From an uncultured candidate division Zixibacteria bacterium (lineage in GTDB: Bacteria > Zixibacteria > MSB-5A5 > GN15 > FEB-12), in contig OY760907.1 in assembly GCA_963664195.1 (NCBI GenBank), positions 2,688,001 to 2,752,000 on the forward strand: a DNA stretch of 64,000 nucleotides, written 5' to 3'. Below the pieces are notes generated by a model. The model was not told the DNA's origin, did not search any database, and was given only the letters and a program-made list of their open reading frames with translations. Below, one piece after another: positions 29,801 through 39,938 of the stretch (the first letter of the stretch is position 1; the number at the start of each line of letters is the position of its first letter). The position numbers and the translations under genes were made by a program.

Positions 29801-30766
29801 ATGAAAACACTGGTTATTGCTCTTCAGAAAGAAGGGCAAATAGGATCGGTTGCCTACGAGTTGATTTCCGCAGCGAGTGGGCTTGGAGCCGAAGTTACTA
29901 CGGTTGTCATGGCCGATGACGCCGAAAAACTGGCCGGATATCTGGCCTCCAGAGGCGGCGGCAAGGTGTTGGCCGTGTCCAATCCTGCTCTCGGCTTCTT
30001 CAACGAAGAAATCTATGCCAAGGTCGTCGGCGAACTGGTTGCACGACATGGTTTTGACCTCATTCTCGGGCCGGCAACATTCTATGGCAGAGCGCTGATG
30101 GCCCGTTTGGCCGCAAAACTGGGCGGTACCATGGCCTCAGAGATCACCGGTATTGAAGTTGCGGGCGAAAGCGTGGTAGTGACACGGCCTAGCTACGGCG
30201 GGTCGGTGATCTCCAAGGTTGCCGCCAGATCGGGAGACCAGCCGTTCTGCATCACGGTTCGGCCAAAAATCTTCCCGGAATCAAAAGATGGAGCGGGTGA
30301 GGTGGTCGCGGAATCCGTGGCCGACACCTGTTTCGAGGCTCGCTCCGCGGTCAAGGAAGTCAAGGCTGCCAGCGGCGGAAGTGTGAATTTGGCCGAGGCG
30401 GATATCATCGTGTCTGCCGGTCGAGGCATAAAGGGCCCCGAGGGGATCCCGGTGATTCAGGCATTGGTTGACTCGCTGGGTGCGGCGTTTGGCGCCTCCA
30501 GAGCGATTGTCGATGCCGGTTGGACCGAGTACACCTATCAGATAGGGCAGACCGGTCGGACGGTGAACCCGAAACTGTATTTCGCGCTTGGTATTTCCGG
30601 TGCGATTCAGCATTTGGTTGGTATGCGTTCGTCGCAGTACATCGTGGCGATCAACAAAGACAAGGACGCCCCGATTTTCAATATTGCCAACTATGGCATA
30701 GTCGGTGACCTCTTTGAGATTGCTCCGGCTTTGACGGCGAAATTCAAGAAGGAACTCGCCGGCTGA
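29801..30766 (+). CDS. etfA: Electron transfer flavoprotein alpha subunit
   Basis: IIVSAGRG, GASRAIVDAGW, QIGQTG, GISGAIQH, AINKD; start ATG 29801. Confidence 0.95.
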   Translation: MKTLVIALQKEGQIGSVAYELISAASGLGAEVTTVVMADDAEKLAGYLASRGGGKVLAVSNPALGFFNEEIYAKVVGELVARHGFDLILGPATFYGRALMARLAAKLGGTMASEITGIEVAGESVVVTRPSYGGSVISKVAARSGDQPFCITVRPKIFPESKDGAGEVVAESVADTCFEARSAVKEVKAASGGSVNLAEADIIVSAGRGIKGPEGIPVIQALVDSLGAAFGASRAIVDAGWTEYTYQIGQTGRTVNPKLYFALGISGAIQHLVGMRSSQYIVAINKDKDAPIFNIANYGIVGDLFEIAPALTAKFKKELAG

Positions 30767-30786
30767 TTTGGTCTCTACTCTGAATT

Positions 30787-30822
30787 AAGAAAGCCCGTCA
30801 TCTTGCGATGACGGGCTTTCTT
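30787..30822. terminator. Bidirectional terminator
   Basis: AAGAAAGCCCGTCATC-TTGC-GATGACGGGCTTTCTT between convergent genes. Confidence 0.85.
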
Positions 30823-30842
30823 GTTTTGGTGCCGCGATGGCG

Positions 30843-32300
30843 CTATTTCGTTGGGGAGGTGTCGATCACCGTCACAGTGGCGGTATCAGCCGAGATCTTC
30901 TCGCCACAGTAGTTGTATATCTTGTGTACCACCAGGAATTCGCCAGCAACCGTGTCGTATGCATGACCGATTGCCACTGTTGGAGGCTCCATTTTTCCGA
31001 ACTCGCCATCCCCGAAGTCAAACACTATGGAGTCGTAAACAACTGCATCCGTCAGGTCAGTGAAAACGATTGTTCGATTGTCCTGGGTGGTGTCAATGAG
31101 GTCGATCGTGTCCTTTGACAGGCTGTATGCAGGGGACAGGACATCGGCCAGAACCACAAGATTCGTCTTCGAGACAAACGATTCGCTGGCGTCAGCGCAT
31201 CCGACAATGGTGAGCCCCACCGTGTATCTGCCCGGAGTTACGTATGCATGCAGCGGCGTTGAGTCATTGTACGCAAAGGTACCGTCGCCGAAATTCCACT
31301 CCAGTGAGTCGATCTTGCCGGTTGATCCGCTTTCAAACAGGACCTGGAATTGATACGAGGAAGAGAAGCACGCCTGCGTGGGAGCCGCCGTGAATGCGGC
31401 CGTTAGACCGTTGTAAGCAGTAACGGAGTCAACGTACTCTGAGTACCCGCCGCCGTTGAGATGCGTCCTGAGAGAAACCTGGTAGTCGCCGGCAGCGGCG
31501 TACTCGTGAGCGACCTCCGGGAACATACCCTCAAGGATGTCGCCGTCGCCGAAATTCCAGAAGAAAGTGTCTACGGGATGTTCAGAGTTGCTCCACGCAT
31601 CGGCAAGAAACGTGAATCCGCTGTCATCGCCGATGCATCGCACGTAGTCGTCGACCGTGTATCCCAGCATTGCGCATTGAAGCACCGTCACCGAATCGGT
31701 CAGCGTGGTCGTCCCACACTCACCTGTTGCTATCAAAGTGACCTCGTACACTCCGGCGTTCGCATATGAGTGAGACTTCACAGCCGAATCTCCGGTGTAC
31801 TGTGTTCCGTCGCCGTACCGCCAGTTGTAGACTGCCACGCCCGCCGGATTGAAGGCTTCAAAAGTGACCGTGTCACTCTGGCACACGGAGTCAGTCAGCA
31901 CTCGCATGCTGTCAATCGTCTGGCCGACAACGACGCGACGCTTATATATTCTGGTACTGAAGGCGTTTTCAAGGTCGGTGTCCGTTACAATCAGAGTAAC
32001 GGTAAAACTGCCAGTGGAGTCATAGGTATGCGGGAAGCCGCCGGAATCGGTGAAGGCCGTGAGCGTGTCACCGTCGCCGAAGTCCCAGTACCATTCGTCA
32101 ATCGGTCCGCTGGATTGATCCCGGAAGAGGACTGTCAACGGAACGCAGCCGGAGTCAGGCGTGACCGTGAATTCTGCGGTTGGGTTGCCCGCAGTTGTGA
32201 TTTCGAGGGTCTCGGTAATGAGGTCATCGCAGCCGGGAGTAAAACAAGCTACAACTATCAGCGCTGCAAGGGCTAAAACGACAATCCTGGGTCTGAGCAT
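30843..32300 (-). CDS. Multi-PKD-domain surface protein, probable lipoprotein
   Basis: Five W(D/N)FGDG-like motifs with H.Y...G.Y.V.L; Cys after the hydrophobic signal. Confidence 0.85.
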   Translation of the reverse strand: MLRPRIVVLALAALIVVACFTPGCDDLITETLEITTAGNPTAEFTVTPDSGCVPLTVLFRDQSSGPIDEWYWDFGDGDTLTAFTDSGGFPHTYDSTGSFTVTLIVTDTDLENAFSTRIYKRRVVVGQTIDSMRVLTDSVCQSDTVTFEAFNPAGVAVYNWRYGDGTQYTGDSAVKSHSYANAGVYEVTLIATGECGTTTLTDSVTVLQCAMLGYTVDDYVRCIGDDSGFTFLADAWSNSEHPVDTFFWNFGDGDILEGMFPEVAHEYAAAGDYQVSLRTHLNGGGYSEYVDSVTAYNGLTAAFTAAPTQACFSSSYQFQVLFESGSTGKIDSLEWNFGDGTFAYNDSTPLHAYVTPGRYTVGLTIVGCADASESFVSKTNLVVLADVLSPAYSLSKDTIDLIDTTQDNRTIVFTDLTDAVVYDSIVFDFGDGEFGKMEPPTVAIGHAYDTVAGEFLVVHKIYNYCGEKISADTATVTVIDTSPTK

Positions 32301-32345
32301 AGATAAAAATCCATCTGTGTGGAGTCACGTGCATTTACGGTTATA

Positions 32346-32374
32346 CATATACGCCGCAATAAGGTTGGTGTCAA
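32346..32374 (-). promoter_or_regulatory. sigma70-like promoter of the PKD gene
   Basis: TTGACA-N17-TATATG on the minus strand. Confidence 0.55.
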
Positions 32375-32658
32375 ATCTTTATTGGCGGCTCCCGGATAGA
32401 CGAAAGTATTCGTCGGTCAGTGGAACCTAGAGACAGGCAACGGTTTATAAGGACCAAAATCTGTGGTGTGGGTGCTAAAAACGTTGCCATGTTTCACGGA
32501 TTTGTTTATGTTCCGACCTTAAGTCAGCCCGGTGTGCGGCAGCGTGCCTGGTCGCGACCGGCGTACAGATAATACAGGTATTGATTGAACTTTGACCCGC
32601 TACATGCCCGGTACGTTGTGTTGCCCAGTTGCGGGCCTTTTTCTGTCTGGAGTGAAGA

Positions 32659-35349
32659 GTGAAAACATGGCTTAATCTGCTGTTCGTTCTCTGTCTTCTG
32701 CCGACTTTTGCGACCGCTGAGGTCGCCGAGAGTTTCAGTATCGAGGCGGCTCCGCAATCGGGGGTGGCTTCGAACACTGCTATCGATTGTATTGCCCACG
32801 GGGTCAGCCCGACGGGTATTTGGACCGCTACGGCCAAGGGAGTCAACTACTCATTCGACGGGGGAGATACGTGGTCTTATTACAGCGATGCAACCGGGTT
32901 GCCGAGCAATAATCTCTCGGCCCTCTATTCCATTGGCGGACGCCTCTGGGTGGCGACCAACCACGAGGAGATGATCTCTGGTGACTTGCATTCGCTGTCA
33001 GATGGGCTTACGTACACCGATGACAACGGGGCGACCTGGACGCAGATCAATTTCGGGTCTGACGGCCTGAATATTCCGTATGTCTGGGGTGGTGACCGCA
33101 CTATCTTCGACATTACCGGTCATGTTGATCCGGGGTTTTTCAACAACAGACTGACGGACAACGATGCTAACTGGCTGTTTTTTGCAGCGTTTGCAGGTGG
33201 GTTCCTGGCCTCTCAGGATGGCGGGATAACCTGGCGGCGGATTTATGCCAGCCCTGCGGATTCCGTGCAGTTCAATACGACCACCGAAGCGCCGTCGTAT
33301 CGCAATCGGTACTTCGCCTGTGCCGCAGATACTTCGCACGGCGACTCCCTGTTTGTGTGGGGGGGTACTTCCGGGGGCGTTTTCCAGTACGTCTATTCTC
33401 CTCCGAGAGAGAAGCTGTATTCGCACCTGATCAACTCCGTGGCATTCTGTGACACCTGCGAGGACAGCGACTCCCTTCCGATTTTCATCGGCGGCGGCAA
33501 CTCGTTCTCACGAAGCACGGTGAGTGCCGGTTCGTTTGTCTCCCGGTTTGAGATCGACGGTCTTCCAGGGAAAAGCATCAGCGCGATAACCGACGTCGGC
33601 GGTCGGCTACTGGCCGGAACGACCGACACGATTGCGGGGGTATCAACCGGCCTGGTCTTCTCGGACGATCAGGGAGACTCTTTTGCTCCGGTAGTGCTCC
33701 CAGAGGTGCAGGGCGCGAACAATACCGTGACGCATTTTATGAGTCTGGCTGACCGAGTGTACATGGCTGCCGGGCAGGCCGGTTTGTTTGCCTCGACTGA
33801 CACCGGCATGACCTGGGAACGCATTCTTCTGGACTCGGTGAATCTCCTGAGTGCGAAGAACGCCGTGTATGATATGGCAATGTCGGGTGACACGCTCATG
33901 ATTGGCACCGACACCGGCCTGGTCGAGTGCACAGTGGATATGGGCGGGGAGCTGACGGAGACCCGGTACACGCCGTTCGAGGATGGCGCTGCCTCTGGTG
34001 CCCGCATCATCTGCGTGGCTCCGCAGTTGTATCTGGATACGCTCGACAATGTAGATTCGACGGCGCTCTGGACGGTCCATCGAAGCGTCGGTGAGGACGG
34101 TGTGCCGATGGTGGGCAGGCGCTCGACGTACGTTGAGTGGGATGTCGTACAGATTGAGGGTACGGATCCACCCGAGTACGACAGTACTTTCGTCGACAGC
34201 AGTCTGGTGTGGGCGTTCTATATGGTAGATACTCTTGTCAACGATATCGGGTTTATCGGCGACTCGGCGTTTGTGGTTGGCAACGCCGGCATCTGGTTCA
34301 GTCCTCTCGGGGGGGCGCCGAACAGTCGTTTCTCCGCCCGCCAGTATGTATCTGACTCGATCGTAGTTGCCACTATGGACAATGACATTATCACGTTGAT
34401 GGAGACACGCGGAGACTACGTGGTTTTTGGTGCCGTCAACGCTATGGCGGTTTCAAGGGATCGCGGTCACAGTTTCCGGATTATTCGCCCCAATACGGAC
34501 TCTCTTGCTGCTGACGTAGTGATCAACCACACGTACATCGGAAGCGGGTTTGGTCTTGCGGGTGATTTCATTCCGGCCGTTGACGTTCAATACGTCGATG
34601 ACGGACCTGCCCGGATTTGGGCGGGGGCACGACCGGCGGTTGTTGGTACGACTGGCATCTCGGTAGGTGAATATAGAACGCTTACGAACGGCGACGGCGA
34701 CTCGACCGGATTCGGGCTGGATTGGAAAGTTCTGCTCGATGGCGAGTATGCCTGGAATTTCGCCTTTGATGGTGACTTCGTATTTGCTGCCACCAACGAT
34801 GGCTTGTTGATGCACGACGGCTCTCGCGATGATGACGGAACGTTGACGGCAGAATGGGAATCAATCCCGTTTGTCGATGCTGCCAGCGGCGAAGAGCTGG
34901 TTGCGGCCGGGACGGCCGTCTTTGGCGTGGCAGTGGTGGATTCCTTCCTGTGGGCAGGTACTGATGACGGCACGGTTCGTCTCAAACTGAATGACCTGAC
35001 CAGTCAGCGGATGTTTGCCAAAGTAGATTCAACTACGGCCGCTGACGAGGTCTACGCCTACCCGGTACCTTTTGAGCCGAATCTTGGTCAGGAAGTGGAT
35101 TTCCATTTCGTGGTGGAGACGGCGGGGCATGTAACGGTCGAAGTGTATGATTATGCAATGAATCTGGTGGCCCGTCCGATAGACAACGTCTTCTACGACG
35201 CCGGGCCGCATCCGGACGGTTCTTCACAGGGGCTTACCTGGGATGGCCGTAATGGCAGCGGTGATGTTGTCGCGGTCGGTGTGTATTATTTCAAAGTGGA
35301 ATTCGACTCGGGCGACACCCGTTGGGGCAAGCTCGCGGTTATGCCGTAA
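32659..35349 (+). CDS. Secreted beta-propeller (Asp-box/BNR) protein with T9SS/FlgD-type C-terminal domain
   Basis: Repeats S.DGG.TW (SFDGGDTW, TDDNGATW, SQDGGITW, STDTGMTW); tail VYAYPVPF..VYD..WDGRN..GVYYF..KLAVMP. Confidence 0.8.
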   Translation: MKTWLNLLFVLCLLPTFATAEVAESFSIEAAPQSGVASNTAIDCIAHGVSPTGIWTATAKGVNYSFDGGDTWSYYSDATGLPSNNLSALYSIGGRLWVATNHEEMISGDLHSLSDGLTYTDDNGATWTQINFGSDGLNIPYVWGGDRTIFDITGHVDPGFFNNRLTDNDANWLFFAAFAGGFLASQDGGITWRRIYASPADSVQFNTTTEAPSYRNRYFACAADTSHGDSLFVWGGTSGGVFQYVYSPPREKLYSHLINSVAFCDTCEDSDSLPIFIGGGNSFSRSTVSAGSFVSRFEIDGLPGKSISAITDVGGRLLAGTTDTIAGVSTGLVFSDDQGDSFAPVVLPEVQGANNTVTHFMSLADRVYMAAGQAGLFASTDTGMTWERILLDSVNLLSAKNAVYDMAMSGDTLMIGTDTGLVECTVDMGGELTETRYTPFEDGAASGARIICVAPQLYLDTLDNVDSTALWTVHRSVGEDGVPMVGRRSTYVEWDVVQIEGTDPPEYDSTFVDSSLVWAFYMVDTLVNDIGFIGDSAFVVGNAGIWFSPLGGAPNSRFSARQYVSDSIVVATMDNDIITLMETRGDYVVFGAVNAMAVSRDRGHSFRIIRPNTDSLAADVVINHTYIGSGFGLAGDFIPAVDVQYVDDGPARIWAGARPAVVGTTGISVGEYRTLTNGDGDSTGFGLDWKVLLDGEYAWNFAFDGDFVFAATNDGLLMHDGSRDDDGTLTAEWESIPFVDAASGEELVAAGTAVFGVAVVDSFLWAGTDDGTVRLKLNDLTSQRMFAKVDSTTAADEVYAYPVPFEPNLGQEVDFHFVVETAGHVTVEVYDYAMNLVARPIDNVFYDAGPHPDGSSQGLTWDGRNGSGDVVAVGVYYFKVEFDSGDTRWGKLAVMP

Positions 35350-35358
35350 GAGGAGAGA

Positions 35359-36345
35359 GTGATGCGGAAGCTATTCATTTGTCTGATATGTCTTGTTGCT
35401 GTCTCTGCCGCTCCCGTTCTGGGAGCTGACGGCAGCGGCGGCTATGCCGGTTCCTTCTTCCAGGTCCCCGCAGGTGCGCGGCCAACTGCCATGGGTGGGG
35501 CTTACCTGGCCGTGTCGAACGACGGGGCCGCGCCGCTGTTCAATCCTGCTGGACTGGCCACGTTGAAGAGACCGCTTTTTGGTACTTCGTATCGTGTTAT
35601 GCAGCTTGATCGAACGCTTGGTTACGCCACCGTGGCGTTCCCGGTGCGGGGTGAATCCACTATCGGTGCCCACTGGCTGTACGCCGGGACCGGATCGGTA
35701 GAGGCTCGGGATTCCGACGGTGATCTGCTGGGCCGTGATATCAATATGAACAATCACCAATTCTCGATTTTGTTTGCCAAACGGTTTGAGGATTTCTTTT
35801 CCGTTGGTGTGAACCTGAGCTATCTGTATTCGGTTATGCCGGAGATGAGTGCCAATACGGTCGGGTTTGATTTTGGTGTGATGCTGTACGTCGAGAAACT
35901 GTTTGACCGCGAGAGGCGTGACAAGCTGCCGATTCGCGATTTGCAGGTGGGTTTGACGGTGAAACACATCTCCAAAGAGTACCGCTGGAACAGCGAGAAA
36001 TACGAACATCGGTACACGACCGACGGTGTTGGTGCCGAACAGATCGACGACGTACCGGAGGAATTCGGAATAGGCGTTTCCGGTCGACTGTTCGAGCGCA
36101 AACTGCTTCTGGCCGCCGATCTGTTGAAGGATCAGGAGCGAAGCGCCGAGTTCCACGCCGGGGCCGAATACTACCTGCGGCCCGAGTTCGCACTGAGAGC
36201 CGGCTACGGTGACAGCAGGCTCACGGCTGGCACAGGCTACATATTCAAGATCGGAAAGCAGCAGTTGGGCATAGATTATGCCTTCAGCACCGATAAGGCG
36301 GATGAAGGCTCTGAGCACATTTTCTCGTTCGATCTGGCGTTTTAG
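35359..36345 (+). CDS. PorV/PorQ family beta-barrel protein
   Basis: GARPTAMGGAYLA..FNPAGL; ends DYAF..HIFSFDLAF. Confidence 0.85.
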   Translation: MMRKLFICLICLVAVSAAPVLGADGSGGYAGSFFQVPAGARPTAMGGAYLAVSNDGAAPLFNPAGLATLKRPLFGTSYRVMQLDRTLGYATVAFPVRGESTIGAHWLYAGTGSVEARDSDGDLLGRDINMNNHQFSILFAKRFEDFFSVGVNLSYLYSVMPEMSANTVGFDFGVMLYVEKLFDRERRDKLPIRDLQVGLTVKHISKEYRWNSEKYEHRYTTDGVGAEQIDDVPEEFGIGVSGRLFERKLLLAADLLKDQERSAEFHAGAEYYLRPEFALRAGYGDSRLTAGTGYIFKIGKQQLGIDYAFSTDKADEGSEHIFSFDLAF

Positions 36346-36360
36346 GACGGAGAGTTTAAG

Positions 36361-37260
36361 GTGAAGACGATAAGAAACGCACTGACGATTTTCTTTGTGG
36401 CCTCGCTGCTGACCGGTTCTGCTGTCGGGCAGGATGGTCTGGCTCTGATGAAGGTAGAGACGGGAGCGAGAGCTGCAGGCATGGGGGGGGCCTTCGTCTC
36501 GATCATCGGCGATCCGAATTCATCGGCGTACAATCCTGCCTCGGCATCGCACGTCAATCAGTTCGGTGCCTCGTTCGGACATAATGCCTACTGGGACAAC
36601 ATCCGAATCGAGACCGGCTGTTTTGTGACCAACTTCACCGGTCGAACCTGGCTGCACGGAGGAGTGAAATTCGCTGCGGTCGATGAGATCGAAAGCCGCA
36701 TTGATGCCTCAAGCGATCCCGACGCACTCTTCGAGGCACACGACATCTCCTTGAAGACCGGTCTCGCGATGAGTTTGGGTGACAAGCTGACCGTAGGTGT
36801 CGCCGGCGGTTGGTATGTGGAGAAGATTGGCGAGTTTCGCGGTTCCGGATTCAACGCCGATCTAGGGGTCGTTTATCGGGTAACGCCGGCGCTTACGTTC
36901 GGTGGTTCTGCCCTGAGTCTGGGGTCAGACATTTCGCTTTCGGCACCGCATCAGGTATCCACCTCGGACATCGCGCTCCCGACAACTTACCGGCTGGGCG
37001 GTTCATACAAGTATGACATATTTCTGGGCGCGGCAGATATGGTGATAGTCGATGACGATGCTCATCTGCATCTGGGTGCCGAGGGGATGCTTCACGAGAT
37101 GGTGACTCTACGAACCGGATACATGCTGGGATACGACAGCAAGAGTTTTACTGCCGGCGCGTCGTTTATACACCGGAATTTTACGATCGAGTATGCCTTT
37201 GTACCGTACTCGAATAATCTGGGAACAACCCACTTATTTAATCTGAGCGTGACGTTATAG
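36361..37260 (+). CDS. PorV/PorQ family beta-barrel protein
   Basis: GARAAGMGGAFV..YNPA; ends EYAF..THLFNLSVTL. Confidence 0.85.
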   Translation: MKTIRNALTIFFVASLLTGSAVGQDGLALMKVETGARAAGMGGAFVSIIGDPNSSAYNPASASHVNQFGASFGHNAYWDNIRIETGCFVTNFTGRTWLHGGVKFAAVDEIESRIDASSDPDALFEAHDISLKTGLAMSLGDKLTVGVAGGWYVEKIGEFRGSGFNADLGVVYRVTPALTFGGSALSLGSDISLSAPHQVSTSDIALPTTYRLGGSYKYDIFLGAADMVIVDDDAHLHLGAEGMLHEMVTLRTGYMLGYDSKSFTAGASFIHRNFTIEYAFVPYSNNLGTTHLFNLSVTL

Positions 37261-37336
37261 CATATTTCACTTATTAAGTTGCAATCCTTTACTCTGCAAC
37301 AGAACTCACTAATCTAATGAGAGACAGGAGCTAGAA

Positions 37337-38455
37337 ATGGCCAAGTACAAAGTTGCCTGGCTGCCGGGAGACGGCGTTGGCAATGATGTGATGGAAGCGG
37401 CAAAGATCGTGCTGGACAAGATCGATCTGGATGCCGAATATACGCATGGTGATATCGGATGGGAGTTCTGGAAGACTGAAGCTGACCCGCTTCCTCCCAG
37501 AACTGTAGACCTGCTTAATAACAGTGACTGTGCCCTCTTTGGCGCGATTACGTCCCTTCCGAAGGAAGAGTGCGAGGCTCAGCTGATTCCTGAATTGCAG
37601 GGTAAGGGGCACGTGTACGCGTCGCCGATCGTCCGCTTGCGTCAGGAGTTCAACCTCCGAACAAACCTTCGCCCGTGTAAGGCCTACGTGGGCAATCCGC
37701 TGAACTACAAAGACGGCATTGACCTGGTCGTTTTTCGCGAAAACACCGAGGACCTTTACTCTGGCGTGGAATTCCACCCGGTGCCGGATGAACTCCGTGA
37801 ATGCATCAAGAAACACAATAAGAAGATGGGTCGTTTCGACAGCACCCCCGGTGAGGATATAGCCATCTCTCTTCGTATAAATACGCGCAAGGGCTGCCGG
37901 AATATTATCACGGACGCCTTCGAATTCGCCAAGAAAGAGGGACGCAAATCCGTGACGGTGGTCGAGAAACCGAACGTGATCCGCGAAACCTCAGGTCTGA
38001 TGGTTCGTACGGCACGTGAAGTCGCCAAGAACTACCCCGGTATCGAGCTCTGGGAAACCAATATCGACGCGATGTGCATGTGGCTGATCAAGAACCCCAT
38101 GGATTACTCGGTTCTGGTCACCTCGAACATGTTCGGCGATATCGTCTCTGACCTCTGTGCTCAGTTGGTTGGTGGACTTGGTTTCGCTGCTTCCGGTAAT
38201 ATCGGTGACAAGCTGGCCGTCTTCGAGCCGACCCACGGTTCTGCTCCGAAGTATGCCGGTAAGTACAAAGTCAATCCGATGGCCATGCTGCTTTCAGTCA
38301 AGATGATGCTTGATTGGCTCGGCGAGACAGATAAGGGAGCGAAACTCGATGCTGCTCTGTCTGAGATCATCAAAGAGGGCAAGTTCCGCACGTATGATAT
38401 GGGCGGCTCCAATACCACGCTGGAGGTGGCTGAAGCAGTGGCCGCGAAACTGTAG
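37337..38455 (+). CDS. Isocitrate/homoisocitrate/isopropylmalate dehydrogenase family enzyme, NADP-type motif
   Basis: LPGDGVG, NLRP, RENTEDLY, NMFGDIVSD, EPTHGSAPKYAG. Confidence 0.9.
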   Translation: MAKYKVAWLPGDGVGNDVMEAAKIVLDKIDLDAEYTHGDIGWEFWKTEADPLPPRTVDLLNNSDCALFGAITSLPKEECEAQLIPELQGKGHVYASPIVRLRQEFNLRTNLRPCKAYVGNPLNYKDGIDLVVFRENTEDLYSGVEFHPVPDELRECIKKHNKKMGRFDSTPGEDIAISLRINTRKGCRNIITDAFEFAKKEGRKSVTVVEKPNVIRETSGLMVRTAREVAKNYPGIELWETNIDAMCMWLIKNPMDYSVLVTSNMFGDIVSDLCAQLVGGLGFAASGNIGDKLAVFEPTHGSAPKYAGKYKVNPMAMLLSVKMMLDWLGETDKGAKLDAALSEIIKEGKFRTYDMGGSNTTLEVAEAVAAKL

Positions 38456-38484
38456 CAAGAGTGCTCTTTTGTCAAAGATCGAAG

Positions 38485-38514
38485 AAGGCGACTCCTCGTG
38501 GAGTCGTCTTTTTT
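38485..38514 (+). terminator. Rho-independent terminator
   Basis: AAGGCGACTCC-TCGT-GGAGTCGTCTT followed by TTTT. Confidence 0.8.
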
Positions 38515-38618
38515 GTGCCTGAAAACCGGCTCAGGAGCACGGTTCCACCATATTCCCCTTGCAGCCGTGCATTGAAAATCGTATGAATAGAAGAGGCCGG
38601 TTCGGTGTAGAAAACAGT

Positions 38619-39251
38619 ATGAAAAAGGATGCCATGACGCAGTCTGATGGACGCCAGGAGGTACCTCCGGAGAGAGAGCACGTTACGCCCGGTCTGGCGT
38701 TTATGCTGTTCTTTTTCGGCGGTCTGACCTCGGTCATAATAGGGGTGATCTGGGCCGGTCCGGCGGTTTTGGACATTCATTCTCCGGCTGCCGGTTTCTT
38801 GTTCAGCGGCCTTGGAAGCGCCCTGGTGTTTGCGTTGCATCGCCGGCACGGTTTGCTGGCCTCGCTGTTTGTGGCGGTGGCCCTCGCAGTCGTTTTTGGT
38901 GTGATGGCCGGTGACCTGTTTCTTACCGTGTTAGTCCATTCACTTGCTGTCATGTCGGCCACGGCATTCGTGAGCGAGTTTGTGTGGGGGAGCATTTTTC
39001 AGGACCTGATGTTTGGCAAGTGTACTTACATGGCCATTGTGCTGGCAGCCGCCTCATTGACCGCCACTCTGCTGCTTGCGACAATTTACTCCATGACGAT
39101 GCTCAGCGATTCGTTGATACGTAACTCGGCCCAGGGTTTTCTGATCGGTCTCGGCTGCGGATTGGGTTTTGAAATAGCGGAATATCTGGGGCGGAAGCAG
39201 AAGCGACTTATCCATCACAAGGACACGACCGTGGGCGGGGCCGCTTCGTGA
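38619..39251 (+). CDS. Hypothetical multi-pass membrane protein
   Basis: About six hydrophobic helices; start 38619 or 38634. Confidence 0.65.
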   Translation: MKKDAMTQSDGRQEVPPEREHVTPGLAFMLFFFGGLTSVIIGVIWAGPAVLDIHSPAAGFLFSGLGSALVFALHRRHGLLASLFVAVALAVVFGVMAGDLFLTVLVHSLAVMSATAFVSEFVWGSIFQDLMFGKCTYMAIVLAAASLTATLLLATIYSMTMLSDSLIRNSAQGFLIGLGCGLGFEIAEYLGRKQKRLIHHKDTTVGGAAS

Positions 39252-39928
39252 TTCAATCGAAAGTACATGTCCCGTTAGGCCCGCAGCCTGCTCGCTTTGT
39301 CATTGTGCTTGTTCTCATCATTCTCTCAGGCGCAGTACTGGCTGCTCCGCGAGTGCCACGGGAGCCTGCGGCTGCGGTTGAGATTCCCGCTTTCACCGAT
39401 CAGCCTTTTGTTGTGAGCCTCTATGATTCCGAGGGGCACCGGATGGGGGATGTCTACACCGGCACGCTGGACTCGGGTGAAACACTTCGTCGAGCCTGGT
39501 TCCATTCCGGCGATGGAGGTGGGGCAGATGCTGGTGTAGTCCATTTTGCTGATCTTCCGACGGGTTTCTACTTCTACCGCGCGTCCAGCCCTGATACGAC
39601 ATTTGTCGGAGGAATCCCCGTAGTCTATGACTCGATGTACTGGAAGCGGGTGACCGTGAGAATCCGCGCCAATGTCGACTCCTGCCAGCAGATCAGAGGA
39701 ATGCTGTACGATCCGGACCATGAGCCGATCGGCTGGTTTGTCGATTCATTGCTCTGCCAGACGATTACCCTGAAGATTACTGAGTTGCGAGTTGTAGACT
39801 CATTGTCAGACGGAACCGTTGATACGACTTTCGAGCGGTTTGATACACTTCCGGCCGGGAGCTATTACTGGGATCTGAAGTCGGACGACAGTAGTTTCTT
39901 CAGGCGGGGCGTTTTCCCCAAGCCTTAG
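39248..39928 (+). CDS. Hypothetical exported protein with two Ig-like repeats
   Basis: Signal-like N-terminus; internal repeat LYD......LP(T/A)G.Y(F/Y). Confidence 0.6.
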   Translation: MIQSKVHVPLGPQPARFVIVLVLIILSGAVLAAPRVPREPAAAVEIPAFTDQPFVVSLYDSEGHRMGDVYTGTLDSGETLRRAWFHSGDGGGADAGVVHFADLPTGFYFYRASSPDTTFVGGIPVVYDSMYWKRVTVRIRANVDSCQQIRGMLYDPDHEPIGWFVDSLLCQTITLKITELRVVDSLSDGTVDTTFERFDTLPAGSYYWDLKSDDSSFFRRGVFPKP

Positions 39929-39938
39929 ACCGTTCAGG

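Noticed and set aside
35371..36318. 315-aa minus-strand ORF, and similar shadows such as 54663-55586 and 43326-44201
   Set aside because: Overlap well-supported genes on the other strand and lack protein-like motifs.
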